From: Candidatus Cybelea sp.
Lineage (GTDB): Bacteria > Vulcanimicrobiota > Vulcanimicrobiia > Vulcanimicrobiales > Vulcanimicrobiaceae
Assembly: GCA_036489315.1 (NCBI GenBank)
Contig: DASXFZ010000064.1
Coordinates: 40,585 to 104,584 of the forward strand
DNA: 64,000 nucleotides
Direction of reading: 5' to 3'
Both the position numbers and the translations under genes were made by a program. The notes beneath the pieces were generated by a model. It saw only the letters and a program-made list of their open reading frames with translations, was not told where the DNA came from and ran no database searches. Shown in pieces: positions 27,900 through 36,718 of this stretch (position 1 is its first letter; every line of letters begins with the position of its first letter).

Positions 27900-28834
27900 G
27901 GCCGGGGCGTCAGGACGATCACGATCGGGATGCCGCCGACGTGCGGATAGAAATCCTCGGCGACGTACGCGGTGAGCAGAAAGGTGCCCTGGCGGGAGAT
28001 TCGCTGCTGCATCTGCTGCGCGTCGGGAATTAGCTGAAGCGGCTGAATGTCGGTAAGGAACGTGGGGAGCTGCAGCCGCCGGGCCGTGATCGAGACGTAG
28101 TTCTGCAGCTGCGAAAGCGCGATGTTGATGCTCGCGCCGCTCTTGCCTGGGATCACGAGCTGCGCGATCGTGTCACCCTTGCGAAAGTAGCGGATGTCCG
28201 GCGTCACGTTGATCGCGAAGTGAATCTGGTCGTTTTCGAACAGATTCTGATCCGAGGTTACGGTGAGCATGACGTTTGCCTGCGAGAGCTTCGCCGCGGT
28301 CGTCAGATCGTTGGCGACGCCGCTGAGCTTCTTGTCTACGTCGGGCGGCAAGACGTACGGGCGCAGCCCCAAGCGAGGATAGGTCGCGTTGACGTACTTC
28401 ACCGCAAAGAAGTAGTAGTCGCGAATCGTCGACAGGCGCTGCGCGGGTGACGCCGACTGGCTGATGATGCGGTAGAACGGGACCATTAACGTGTCGACCG
28501 GAAAGACGAGCCGCCCGCTGTTGACCTTGGTTTCGAGATCGCGCTGGCGAGCCTGGAGTTCCCCGATCTGGGCGTTGATCGAATTGAGCTTGAAGAACGC
28601 CGTCTTCACCTGTTGCGAGGCAAATATCGCGCCGAGCGTGACGACCAGGGCGATCACCATACCGGTCGCGATTGCGACGATCGTCGACGTGTAACGCGGG
28701 CGTATTCCGAACAGGCTCAAGCGCCGGCGGCCTACCTGATGGCCGACGCGATCGCCGACGTAGGCGACCGCACCGGCGATCGCCATGACGAACGCGACGT
28801 TGCCGATCCCGCGGACGATCTCGACGAAGCTCAT
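27896..28834 (-). CDS. DUF3084-like membrane protein (2 TM, coiled coil, extracytoplasmic domain)
   Basis: ATG at 28834 overlaps the lptF/G stop (ATGA). 312 aa (MSFVEIVRGIGNVAFVMAIAGAVAYVGDRVGHQVGRRRLSLFGIRPRYTS...). The longer track ORF (to 29323) is an out-of-frame artefact over lptF/G. Confidence 0.6.
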   Translation of the reverse strand: MSFVEIVRGIGNVAFVMAIAGAVAYVGDRVGHQVGRRRLSLFGIRPRYTSTIVAIATGMVIALVVTLGAIFASQQVKTAFFKLNSINAQIGELQARQRDLETKVNSGRLVFPVDTLMVPFYRIISQSASPAQRLSTIRDYYFFAVKYVNATYPRLGLRPYVLPPDVDKKLSGVANDLTTAAKLSQANVMLTVTSDQNLFENDQIHFAINVTPDIRYFRKGDTIAQLVIPGKSGASINIALSQLQNYVSITARRLQLPTFLTDIQPLQLIPDAQQMQQRISRQGTFLLTAYVAEDFYPHVGGIPIVIVLTPRP

Positions 28835-29934
28835 ACCATTGCGGCTCGGCGCAGCCGGAACAACCCGATCGCGGTGAACAGCAGATTCGGCATCCACGCC
28901 CAGAGTGCGGCCAGCGTTAGCATCGCTTCGCCCGCAAACGAGCAGATCGTCATGACGACGTAGTAAACGAAGACGATGGCCAACGAGAGCCCGAAGCCGA
29001 GGCTCGTGCTGCCGCTCGACCGGATCTGTCGCAATCCAAACGGTATGGCGATGAGAATGAAGACGAAGCTTGCAAAGGGCCGCGCCAGCTTCTCCTGATA
29101 GGTCGTAACGTACTTGCGGCGCTCGGTCTCGGTTAGCTGGCCGGAGCGGACGACGTCGGCGATCTCCGATCGGCTCATATTCTCGGGATCGTCGTTGCTC
29201 ATGCGCTTGACCAAATCCGTTGGCTTTTCGCCGATTTGGACCTCCTGGAACGGGATGTGCGGCTCGGAGAGCGTCGTGCCGTCGGGACTGAAACGATAAA
29301 CGCTGGAGTTCTCCAGCGTCCACTTATCGGCGCCGAACTCGGCCCGGTCGGCAAAGATGATCTGGCGGGGCTCGTTGTGGTTGTCGTATTGAATCAGCGT
29401 TACGTGGAGCAGCGCGCGCGAGTTCGGCTCGTACGCGGTCGCGATCGTCATCTGTCTTCCGCCGCCGGGCAGCGGGGCCGAAACCGTCAAGTCGCGGTTG
29501 AACGCGCTGATGTGATTGATCACGCCGTTTTCGATCTCCGTGAGCTGATCGTTGGCATACGGTACGACGCTCTCTTGGAGATAGTACGTGACCACCGACA
29601 TGACGATACCGACGGCCAACAGGGGCGCCACGATTCGGGTGAAGGTAATTCCCGCCGCCTTCATCGCGGTCATCTCGCTCTCGCCCGAGAGTCGCTGAAC
29701 GGCGAGCAGCGTGCCGAGCAGCAGCGCCATCGGTATCACGAGCACGACGTCGGCCGGCAGCGACCAAAGGAAGACCGTCAGCGCAGCCCACAGCGGCGCG
29801 TGATCGTTGCTCACCAGCTTGCCGATGTTCAAGATCTCGGTCGCCGCGAAGATGAGCATGAATGCCGACAGGCCGAAGACGAACGGACCGCCCAGCTCGG
29901 CCAGCATATAGCGATCGAGAATCGTAAAGCGCAC
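28831..29934 (-). CDS. LPS export ABC transporter permease, LptF/LptG (YjgP/YjgQ) family
   Basis: 367 aa. N-terminal MRFTILDRYMLAELGGPFVFGL is typical of the family. 6 TM and a periplasmic beta-jellyroll region. Lies 7 nt downstream of lptB. Confidence 0.85.
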   Translation of the reverse strand: MRFTILDRYMLAELGGPFVFGLSAFMLIFAATEILNIGKLVSNDHAPLWAALTVFLWSLPADVVLVIPMALLLGTLLAVQRLSGESEMTAMKAAGITFTRIVAPLLAVGIVMSVVTYYLQESVVPYANDQLTEIENGVINHISAFNRDLTVSAPLPGGGRQMTIATAYEPNSRALLHVTLIQYDNHNEPRQIIFADRAEFGADKWTLENSSVYRFSPDGTTLSEPHIPFQEVQIGEKPTDLVKRMSNDDPENMSRSEIADVVRSGQLTETERRKYVTTYQEKLARPFASFVFILIAIPFGLRQIRSSGSTSLGFGLSLAIVFVYYVVMTICSFAGEAMLTLAALWAWMPNLLFTAIGLFRLRRAAMV

Positions 29935-29941
29935 TAGCGGC

Positions 29942-30685
29942 CTATAACCGGAATCCTTCGCCGAGATAGAATTGGCGGGCGATCGGGGAGTCGAGGACTT
30001 CCTGCGCGGAGCCCGAGACCTCGATTCGCCCGTTGTTGAGGATGTACGCGCGGTCCACGATCGCGAGCGTTTCGCGTACTTGGTGATCGGTGATGAGGAT
30101 CCCGAGACCGCGGTCGCGCAGCTGACGGATCATCGCTTGAATATCGGCGACGGCGATCGGATCGATGCCGGTGAAAGGCTCGTCGAGCAAGAGAAACGAG
30201 GGTTCGATCGCCAGCGCCCGGGCGATCTCGACGCGCCGCCGCTCGCCTCCGGAAAGACTGTCCCCGCGCGCATCGACGAAAGCGCGTAAACCGAACTCTT
30301 CGAGCAATGCCGGCAGCCGCCGTTCGCGCTCGTCGTGCGGCACGCCGTTCTGCTCCCAGATCAGGCGGATGTTGTCGCCGACGGAGAGCTTGCGAAAGAT
30401 CGAGTTCTCCTGTGCGAGATAGCCGACACCGTTGCGCGCGCGCGCGTACATCGGCGCGCCGGTCAGATCGATCTCGCGATCGCCGTTGGTCAGGAGCACG
30501 CTTCCGCCGTCGGGTTTGACCAGGCCGACGACCATGTAGAACGTCGTCGTCTTGCCGGCTCCGTTGGGCCCGAGCAGGCCGACCACTTCGCCCGTCTCTA
30601 CCCCGGCCGTAACGCCGTTGACGACGGTGCGCTCGCCGTAGCGTTTGACGAGCCCGCGTACCTTGATCGAGGGGACCTGGCTCAT
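29942..30685 (-). CDS. lptB: LPS export ABC transporter ATP-binding protein LptB
   Basis: 247 aa. Walker [10 protein letters not shown], signature LSGGERRR, Walker B LLLDEP, and an LptB-type C-terminus YLGEGFRL. Confidence 0.9.
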   Translation of the reverse strand: MSQVPSIKVRGLVKRYGERTVVNGVTAGVETGEVVGLLGPNGAGKTTTFYMVVGLVKPDGGSVLLTNGDREIDLTGAPMYARARNGVGYLAQENSIFRKLSVGDNIRLIWEQNGVPHDERERRLPALLEEFGLRAFVDARGDSLSGGERRRVEIARALAIEPSFLLLDEPFTGIDPIAVADIQAMIRQLRDRGLGILITDHQVRETLAIVDRAYILNNGRIEVSGSAQEVLDSPIARQFYLGEGFRL

Positions 30686-31230
30686 TGCATCCGCATGTGC
30701 GTCAGCGAAATATCGGAATCGAAACTGGACCCGGTTGCGCGAAAGCCTTTGGGGTCGGTAATCACTACGTTGCCGTCTCCGTGTAAGCTAGCGTTGTCTC
30801 GACGATAAACGAGCTCGTCGCAGTGCAGCGTCATCCCGGCCGCTGTGTGAGCCGCCACGCCGCCGGTCAACGTGACGGTGTTCGCGGTCTGATCGACGAC
30901 GGCTTGCGGAGCGCTGGCCGTGATCCTGGAGCCTTTCGGGTCCCGAAACGTAACCCGGGCATCCGAGAAGACCGAGCGCATGCTGTTCTGCGGGCCCTTG
31001 CTCTCGTACGAGCTCGCCAGCAGATCGTAGTTTATGCGGTTGTGGACTTGCTGAATGAAATGGATGGGACGATCTGCCGTGCCTTTCCCGGTGACCACGA
31101 GGGTGAGCCCGGCGCCCTTGGCGTGCGGCGTTGCGCGTGGCCGGGGCGATGGGGACCTTTTGGGCGCCTGCGGGTTGCACGCGCACAGCGTCGTTAGAAC
31201 GAGCGCCGCAGCCGTTCGAATGGGCCGCAC
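30682..31230 (-). CDS. LptC/OstA-like LPS transport protein (possible lipoprotein)
   Basis: GTG at 31230 gives [18 protein letters not shown] (lipobox-like). The beta-rich ~150 aa resemble the LptC/LptA fold (..[39 protein letters not shown]..). The stop overlaps the lptB start (ATGA). Confidence 0.65.
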   Translation of the reverse strand: MRPIRTAAALVLTTLCACNPQAPKRSPSPRPRATPHAKGAGLTLVVTGKGTADRPIHFIQQVHNRINYDLLASSYESKGPQNSMRSVFSDARVTFRDPKGSRITASAPQAVVDQTANTVTLTGGVAAHTAAGMTLHCDELVYRRDNASLHGDGNVVITDPKGFRATGSSFDSDISLTHMRMQ

Positions 31231-32420
31231 TAGGGAACCTCGCGAGAGGCCGCCGTGGCAAGCGCGAGCGCCAACGTGGGCATCCATAGTCCAAAGATTA
31301 CCACGCTCACGGTGTCGATCAGGCCTTGAACGCCTACCCCGACCAGGCCGGCAGCGATGCTGCAGGAGAGCAGCGCTGCCGATGGCGTGGCGGTCGCCAG
31401 CCGCCGCTGCAGTTCTTGCACGAAACGCCACATCGTCCAGGCGACCGCGGCGACGCCGACGAGACCGAACTCGGCGAAAAACGTGAGGTAGAGGCTGTGA
31501 GCGTGGAATGCCGTCGCATCCCCGTCCGGCGCGCGTACCAGCGCGTAGAGATGCGAGAAGTTGAACGGGCCGACACCCAGCAGCGGGAAGCGGTTGATGA
31601 TCTCGATCGCCGCCTGCCAAATCGAGAGGCGCGTGTAGTCTTCGCTCGGATCGTGATGCGCGTTGAAGACCAGCACGATCGCCAAAAGGCCGGCACAGGC
31701 GACCCCCGCCGCAACCGCGGGACGACGAGTACGCACAGCGACCAGGAAGGCCGCCGCCGCCGCCGCGCCCATCCATCCGGCGCGCGAAAACGTCATCACC
31801 AGCGCAATGAGTCCGACGCCGAAGACGCTCCATGCCAACGCTCGAATCGCCGGCAGACTGGCAACGCGCGCGACGGCAAAGGCGACCGGCAGCAGCACGA
31901 TCAGGTACCCGGCGAGCTCTCCGGGCAGGATGAACGTTCCGGTCGCGCGCCCGTGCTGCAGCGCATAGAGTGCCGCCGGTACGCGCAGCACGACCGTTGC
32001 GATGGCAACCGCCGCCGCGATGCCCCCCGAGAGGAGATACGCGCAGAAGAGCGATGCCGCCGCATAGCGATCGCCGTAGAAGCGCATGATCGAGGAGTGC
32101 CAAATGATGCCGAGCCCGCCGATGAAGGTGAAGAGCAGACCTGAGCGCGGATCGAAGCCCAGGCATCCGGCGAGCAATCCTGCGGCGAAGATCGAGAGCA
32201 ACGGTAGAAACAGCGGCTGCGAGCCGCGCAGCGGATATCGCGCGAGCATGACGATCGCGTAGACGGCAAGGATGCAGCAGCCGCCGAGCACCGCGAGCGT
32301 CGCCGGAATAGGCAGCAGCGACACACCCGGAAACGCCACCCCGGTCAGCGCGATGAAGCTTGGAAAAAGCGGAAGCGCCGAGTAGATCAGCGCGAGGCCG
32401 GGCGGAATGAAGCGCCGCAT
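31230..32420 (-). CDS. O-antigen ligase/polymerase family (Wzy_C/WaaL-like) membrane protein
   Basis: ATG at 32420 (MRRFIPPGLALIYSALPLF...). 396 aa, ~10 TM, with a FSRAGWMGAAAAAAF-type loop typical of the O-antigen ligase family. The upstream part of the 536-aa track ORF is an artefact. Confidence 0.7.
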   Translation of the reverse strand: MRRFIPPGLALIYSALPLFPSFIALTGVAFPGVSLLPIPATLAVLGGCCILAVYAIVMLARYPLRGSQPLFLPLLSIFAAGLLAGCLGFDPRSGLLFTFIGGLGIIWHSSIMRFYGDRYAAASLFCAYLLSGGIAAAVAIATVVLRVPAALYALQHGRATGTFILPGELAGYLIVLLPVAFAVARVASLPAIRALAWSVFGVGLIALVMTFSRAGWMGAAAAAAFLVAVRTRRPAVAAGVACAGLLAIVLVFNAHHDPSEDYTRLSIWQAAIEIINRFPLLGVGPFNFSHLYALVRAPDGDATAFHAHSLYLTFFAEFGLVGVAAVAWTMWRFVQELQRRLATATPSAALLSCSIAAGLVGVGVQGLIDTVSVVIFGLWMPTLALALATAASREVP

Positions 32421-33583
32421 CAGTCGCCGCGCGCGAGCGCCAGGATAGTCGCGGCAATGCGCCGCGCGCCGCCCGGGCTCCCCATGCGCGCGCGCCCGAT
32501 TTCGGCCATCCGCCGGCGTCGATCGGGATCGTTCAAGAGGTCGAGAACGCCGCTGACCGCCGTGGGAAGATCGCCGGGAAGTACGGCGAGCGCACCGTCG
32601 AGCAGGCCCTGCTGCCGCCGGCGGTACCAGCGGGACCCGGCGTCGCGCTCGCGATCGAAAGCAACGACCGGAACGCCCGCCGCCGCCGCGCCTTCGTTGG
32701 CCGTCCCGGCCTGTCCGAGAACGAGGTCGGCGCGCGCGAGCACCGCGCCGAGCGGCCCGTTCCACGCCCGCACGACTGCTCGCCCGTTTGCCGAAAGCGC
32801 GAACGGGATTCGCGCAGAGAGTGCGCCGCTTACCTCCCATCCGGCGCGCCGCGCTTGCGTTGCGAAGCGCTGCGGATCGAGCCCCGCGGCGATCGAGAGC
32901 ACGGCCCCCGCCGTCGGATGCGCGACCGCGATCTCCGCGACGACCTGCAGCAAGAAGGCGCCATCGCCGTATGCGCTGGGGCGGCTGCCGGGGAAGAGCG
33001 CGAGCGCCGGATCGAAACCGGCGTGCGCGCGGGCCGCGTCGGCATCCCCCGCGTTACCGAAGAGATCGACGATCACGTTTGCGCTTGGCTCGACGCTCAC
33101 TCCGTCTTCGCGCAGCGCACGTGCCGTCGCGTCGTCGCGTACGAAACACGCCTGCGCGCGCGAGAGCAGGCGCTTTTCGAGCCGTCCGTAGGGCGCCACG
33201 CTCACGCTTTTCGCCGTGCCCACGAAAACCGTCTTCGTTCGCGCGCGCCGCGCCATCGCCAAGCAATAGACGTCGCCCACGGCAACCACCGCGTCGTACG
33301 ATCCGCGCACCGAGCCCAGAAAACGCCGCTGCGCCGCCACCAGCGATAAAAGCCCCGCGCGCAAATCGCGCAGCAAGTTGCCGACGTTGCCCATCGCGAT
33401 CAAACCGCCGCTGGGCATCGCGCGGCGCGGCCCAACCTCTCGCATCGACTCGGCCGCGCTCGCGCCCACCAACGCGAGATGGTCGCGGATCGATCCGGGC
33501 TCCATCGCGCGCATCTCGAGGGCGATGCGATCGGCGATGGCCGCCTCGCCGTGTCCGTTCGAGACGAAGAGCACGCGCGTCAC
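32420..33583 (-). CDS. Lipid-A-disaccharide synthase-related (LpxB-like GT-B) protein
   Basis: 387 aa. N-terminal VLFVSNGHGEAAIADRIALEM resembles the cyanobacterial-type LpxB-related family (TIGR03492-like, from memory). Confidence 0.55.
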   Translation of the reverse strand: MTRVLFVSNGHGEAAIADRIALEMRAMEPGSIRDHLALVGASAAESMREVGPRRAMPSGGLIAMGNVGNLLRDLRAGLLSLVAAQRRFLGSVRGSYDAVVAVGDVYCLAMARRARTKTVFVGTAKSVSVAPYGRLEKRLLSRAQACFVRDDATARALREDGVSVEPSANVIVDLFGNAGDADAARAHAGFDPALALFPGSRPSAYGDGAFLLQVVAEIAVAHPTAGAVLSIAAGLDPQRFATQARRAGWEVSGALSARIPFALSANGRAVVRAWNGPLGAVLARADLVLGQAGTANEGAAAAGVPVVAFDRERDAGSRWYRRRQQGLLDGALAVLPGDLPTAVSGVLDLLNDPDRRRRMAEIGRARMGSPGGARRIAATILALARGD

Positions 33584-34323
33584 GATGCTTCCAGCAGCGG
33601 CAGCAACGCGAAGTCGGCGAGCACGAACCGGCCCCGCTCCGGCGCGTAAACGAGTTCGCTGCGCGAGACGAACTCTCCGTACGGGCCGGCGTGAACGATC
33701 GGCACGTCTCCGGCGTAGCGCGGCTGCGCGAGCGTGTCGTGGCTATGCCCGCCCAGCAGCAAATCGATCCGGGGTACGCGTTGTGCGAGTTTTACGTCGA
33801 GCGAGAGCCCCAGATGCGAAAGCACGACGAGGGGCTCGCGCGGCGCGAGCGCGGCGGCGTACGGGGCGATCGCCTCCCACGGATCCAGGAAGCGCCAGCC
33901 AAAGACGCGCTCCCAGAGACTGCCGACGGGATACTGCATGATCAGCAAGCCCAAAACGTGCACGCGGTAAGTTCCGCCCACACCGTCGGGCACGGCGAAG
34001 CGCAGCGACTGCGCAAAGGGCAGCTCGCGTCCCTTGACGTCGCGCAGGTTCGTGCAGACCAGCGGATAGCCCATCATCCGCGCGCGAGCGCGCAAGAGCG
34101 CAAACAGATAGTGGAACTCGCGGTTGCCGATGCTCTGCGCGTCGTAGCCGGCTTCGCGGAGTTCCCCGACGATCGGCTCGGTGCGGTGGTAGACGGTTTG
34201 GCTGCCGCGCAGCGAATCGCCGCAATCGAACAAGAGCCCCGGGCGCTGCGCGCGCAGCGCGCGCAGCCGCGGTGCGAATCCCCGATGGTCGTGAAGATCG
34301 GACGTATGGTAGATGCGAAGCAC
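33580..34323 (-). CDS. Calcineurin-like metallophosphoesterase
   Basis: Motifs HTSDLHDH, DCGDSL, GNREFH and GGHSHD. The GTG at 34323 lies 7 nt after the lpxB stop. The track ORF extends to 34416, overlapping lpxB. Confidence 0.7.
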   Translation of the reverse strand: MLRIYHTSDLHDHRGFAPRLRALRAQRPGLLFDCGDSLRGSQTVYHRTEPIVGELREAGYDAQSIGNREFHYLFALLRARARMMGYPLVCTNLRDVKGRELPFAQSLRFAVPDGVGGTYRVHVLGLLIMQYPVGSLWERVFGWRFLDPWEAIAPYAAALAPREPLVVLSHLGLSLDVKLAQRVPRIDLLLGGHSHDTLAQPRYAGDVPIVHAGPYGEFVSRSELVYAPERGRFVLADFALLPLLEAS

Positions 34324-34330
34324 GCCCGCG

Positions 34331-35440
34331 TCAACCGGCGCGCGCGAGTTCGACCGCGAACTTCGCGCAGCGTTCAAGTGCATCGCTCGGGCCGAGTGCT
34401 TCGCGCATCTCCGCATAGTCAGCGTACTGGCGGGCCGAGTCGGTCATGAGCCCTTCGAGCCTCAGGGCGAGACGCTCCGGCGTTGCGTCGTCTTGCAGCA
34501 GCTCCGGAATGACTTCACGCCCCAAGACGAGGTTCGGCAGCGTTATGTAGCGATGTCTGATCATGCGCTTGCCGTACCAAATGAGTGCCGGCGGAATCAC
34601 GTACAGCGCGACCGCGGGAACGCCGAGCAGCGCCGTTTCGAGGACGGCCGTGCCCGAACAGACCCAAGCGCCGTCCGCGCCGCGCAAGGCCTCCGCTACG
34701 CCGCGCGCCATCCGCACCCGGTGTAACCCTTCGCGTGCGATCGTCTCGGTGATACGCCGCTGCGCGCGGGCGTTTGCCGCCCCAATCACACCCTCCAGGT
34801 TAGGCCGGTGCGCCGCGAGCCGCGCAAATGCCGCCAACAGGAGCGGCAGGTGCCGTCGCAGTTCGCCGCCGCGGCTGCCCGGAAGCATCGCGACCGTTCC
34901 CCCGTCGGGCGGCGGCGGCGGCTTTCGCGGACGCAGCGCGTAGCGTCCGGTCAGGGGATGGCCAAAGAACTCGATGCGGCATCCGAGCCCGCGATAAAAA
35001 TCGTACTGGTGTTTGAAGGCCGTCACCGGAACGCAAGCGGCGCTAACGCGGCGCGCCTTCACCTCGTCGTCCAGCCAGGTCCCCGGCGGAAAAAGGTCGA
35101 GGATCGGGCCCGCGTAGTTCATGCGCCGCAGCTGGCGGGCCAGCCGGAGATTGAAGACACCGAAGTCGACGAGCACGACCAGGTCGGGTTTCGACGCGCC
35201 GATGTGTGCGGCCGTCTGCAGCATCGCCAGCAGCAGTTTGGGAATGCGTGGAATCGCCGCGGCCGGACCCATGCTCGCCCACCCGCTGTGGTCGCGCCAC
35301 AACGTGATGCCTGCCGCGCGCATCGGCGCCGCACCGATTCCTTCGAACTGCGCGTCGGGATCGTAACGTCGAATCGCCTCTGCCAGCGCAACCCCGCTGG
35401 CCTCTCCGGACGGCTCCCCGGTCGAGATGAAATATTTCAG
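34331..35440 (-). CDS. lpxB: Lipid-A-disaccharide synthase LpxB (apparent CTG start)
   Basis: The track ORF starts at 35323, but the same frame upstream encodes the conserved LpxB N-terminus KYFISTGEPSGEASG. The only start-like codon after the in-frame lpxA stop is CTG at 35440. Confidence 0.85.
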   Translation of the reverse strand: MKYFISTGEPSGEASGVALAEAIRRYDPDAQFEGIGAAPMRAAGITLWRDHSGWASMGPAAAIPRIPKLLLAMLQTAAHIGASKPDLVVLVDFGVFNLRLARQLRRMNYAGPILDLFPPGTWLDDEVKARRVSAACVPVTAFKHQYDFYRGLGCRIEFFGHPLTGRYALRPRKPPPPPDGGTVAMLPGSRGGELRRHLPLLLAAFARLAAHRPNLEGVIGAANARAQRRITETIAREGLHRVRMARGVAEALRGADGAWVCSGTAVLETALLGVPAVALYVIPPALIWYGKRMIRHRYITLPNLVLGREVIPELLQDDATPERLALRLEGLMTDSARQYADYAEMREALGPSDALERCAKFAVELARAG

Positions 35441-35452
35441 CGGGCGCTCGTT

Positions 35453-36220
35453 CTACTTGAGAACGCCGCGTTCCGAAGGCGCCTCTAGGAACGCGATGAT
35501 CTCGCGGCCCGGATCCGTGGTGACCTGCGCCTTCATCGCTTCGGTCGCTTGTGAGACGTTGAGCTTCGGGTCGTACAAAAGCTTATAGAAGCGCTTGATC
35601 TCTTGGCGATCTTCGGGCGAGAAGGCCGCTCGGCGAAGCCCCACGCTGTTGAGTCCGTACGGCTGGCACGGGTTCCCCTCGACGAGGAAGAAGGGCGGCA
35701 CGTCTTTGGTGAGTTTGCTCATCCCGCCGACCATCGCGTGGCGTCCGACGCGCGTGAACTGATGGATGCCGGTCTGTCCGCCGATCGTAACGTAGTCCGC
35801 GACCTGTACGTGGCCGGCGAGCTGCGCGAGATTGCTCATCGTTACGCTGTTTCCTAAAACGCAGTTGTGTGCGATATGAACGTAGGCCAGCAGAAGACAA
35901 TCGTCGCCGACCGCGGTCACCTGGTCTTGCCCGGTCGCCCGCTGGATGCTGACGTATTCGCGCAGCGTGGTGCGGCTGCCGATCCGAGTGTAGGCGCGCT
36001 CCCCGGCGTACTTGCGATCCTGCGACGCGGCGCCGACGGTCGAAAACGGATAGAGCTGACAATCGTCGCCGATCTTCGTCCAGCCGTTGACGACGACGTG
36101 CGCCTGCAAAACCGTCCGCGCTCCGATTACGACGTGCTCGCCGACGATACAGTACGGCCCGATCTCGGCATTCTTTCCAATCTCCGCGCTCGGATGAACG
36201 ATCGCGCTGGGATGCAGCAC
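35453..36220 (-). CDS. lpxA: Acyl-ACP--UDP-GlcNAc O-acyltransferase LpxA
   Basis: GTG at 36220 (VLHPSAIVHPSAEIGKNAEIGPYC) lies 14 nt after the fabZ stop. Left-handed beta-helix hexapeptide repeats. 255 aa. Confidence 0.9.
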   Translation of the reverse strand: MLHPSAIVHPSAEIGKNAEIGPYCIVGEHVVIGARTVLQAHVVVNGWTKIGDDCQLYPFSTVGAASQDRKYAGERAYTRIGSRTTLREYVSIQRATGQDQVTAVGDDCLLLAYVHIAHNCVLGNSVTMSNLAQLAGHVQVADYVTIGGQTGIHQFTRVGRHAMVGGMSKLTKDVPPFFLVEGNPCQPYGLNSVGLRRAAFSPEDRQEIKRFYKLLYDPKLNVSQATEAMKAQVTTDPGREIIAFLEAPSERGVLK

Positions 36221-36234
36221 GGAAAGGCCTGCCC

Positions 36235-36708
36235 TTAAACGTGCAGCACGGTGGAGTCGACCCCAAACATTCGCGGGTCGGAGACGATCGAAAACATGAT
36301 CTCGGCCGAACACGCGAACTGGCCGTCGACGGTCGCTTCCGCGTTGACCCAGCCGATGTTGCGTTTGTGGCGCAGCATCGACACTTCCATATCCAATCGG
36401 TCGCCGGGAACGACGGGCCGGCGGAACTTTGCCTTGTCGATGCCGGCGAGATAGGGCGTCTTGCGAGAGAACTCGCCGGGTTCGAGAATCATCGCGCCGC
36501 CGAGCTGCGCGAGCGCTTCGATCATGTAGACGCCCGGTAAGACCGGATTACCGGGAAAATGCCCGGCGAATATCTGTTCGTTGTAGGTAATGTTTTTATA
36601 GCCGCGCACGTGGACCATGTGCTCGAACTCGAGGATGCGGTCCACGAGCAGCATCGGGTAGCGATGCGGTAAGATTTCAAAGATCTGACGGATATCGAGT
36701 TCAGCCAA
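36235..36708 (-). CDS. fabZ: 3-hydroxyacyl-ACP dehydratase FabZ
   Basis: 157 aa. LPHRYPMLLVDRI and FAGHFPGNPVLPGV hot-dog motifs. Confidence 0.95.
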   Translation of the reverse strand: MAELDIRQIFEILPHRYPMLLVDRILEFEHMVHVRGYKNITYNEQIFAGHFPGNPVLPGVYMIEALAQLGGAMILEPGEFSRKTPYLAGIDKAKFRRPVVPGDRLDMEVSMLRHKRNIGWVNAEATVDGQFACSAEIMFSIVSDPRMFGVDSTVLHV

Positions 36709-36718
36709 TCGTGCTCTC

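Noticed and set aside
30682-32840. The very long track ORFs 30682-32457(-) and 31230-32840(-), which would suggest 536-591-aa proteins.
   Set aside because: Only their C-terminal parts look like proteins (LptC-like, O-antigen-ligase-like). The N-terminal parts are Arg-rich read-through over the upstream genes. Internal starts at 31230 (GTG) and 32420 (ATG) give coupled, sensible products.
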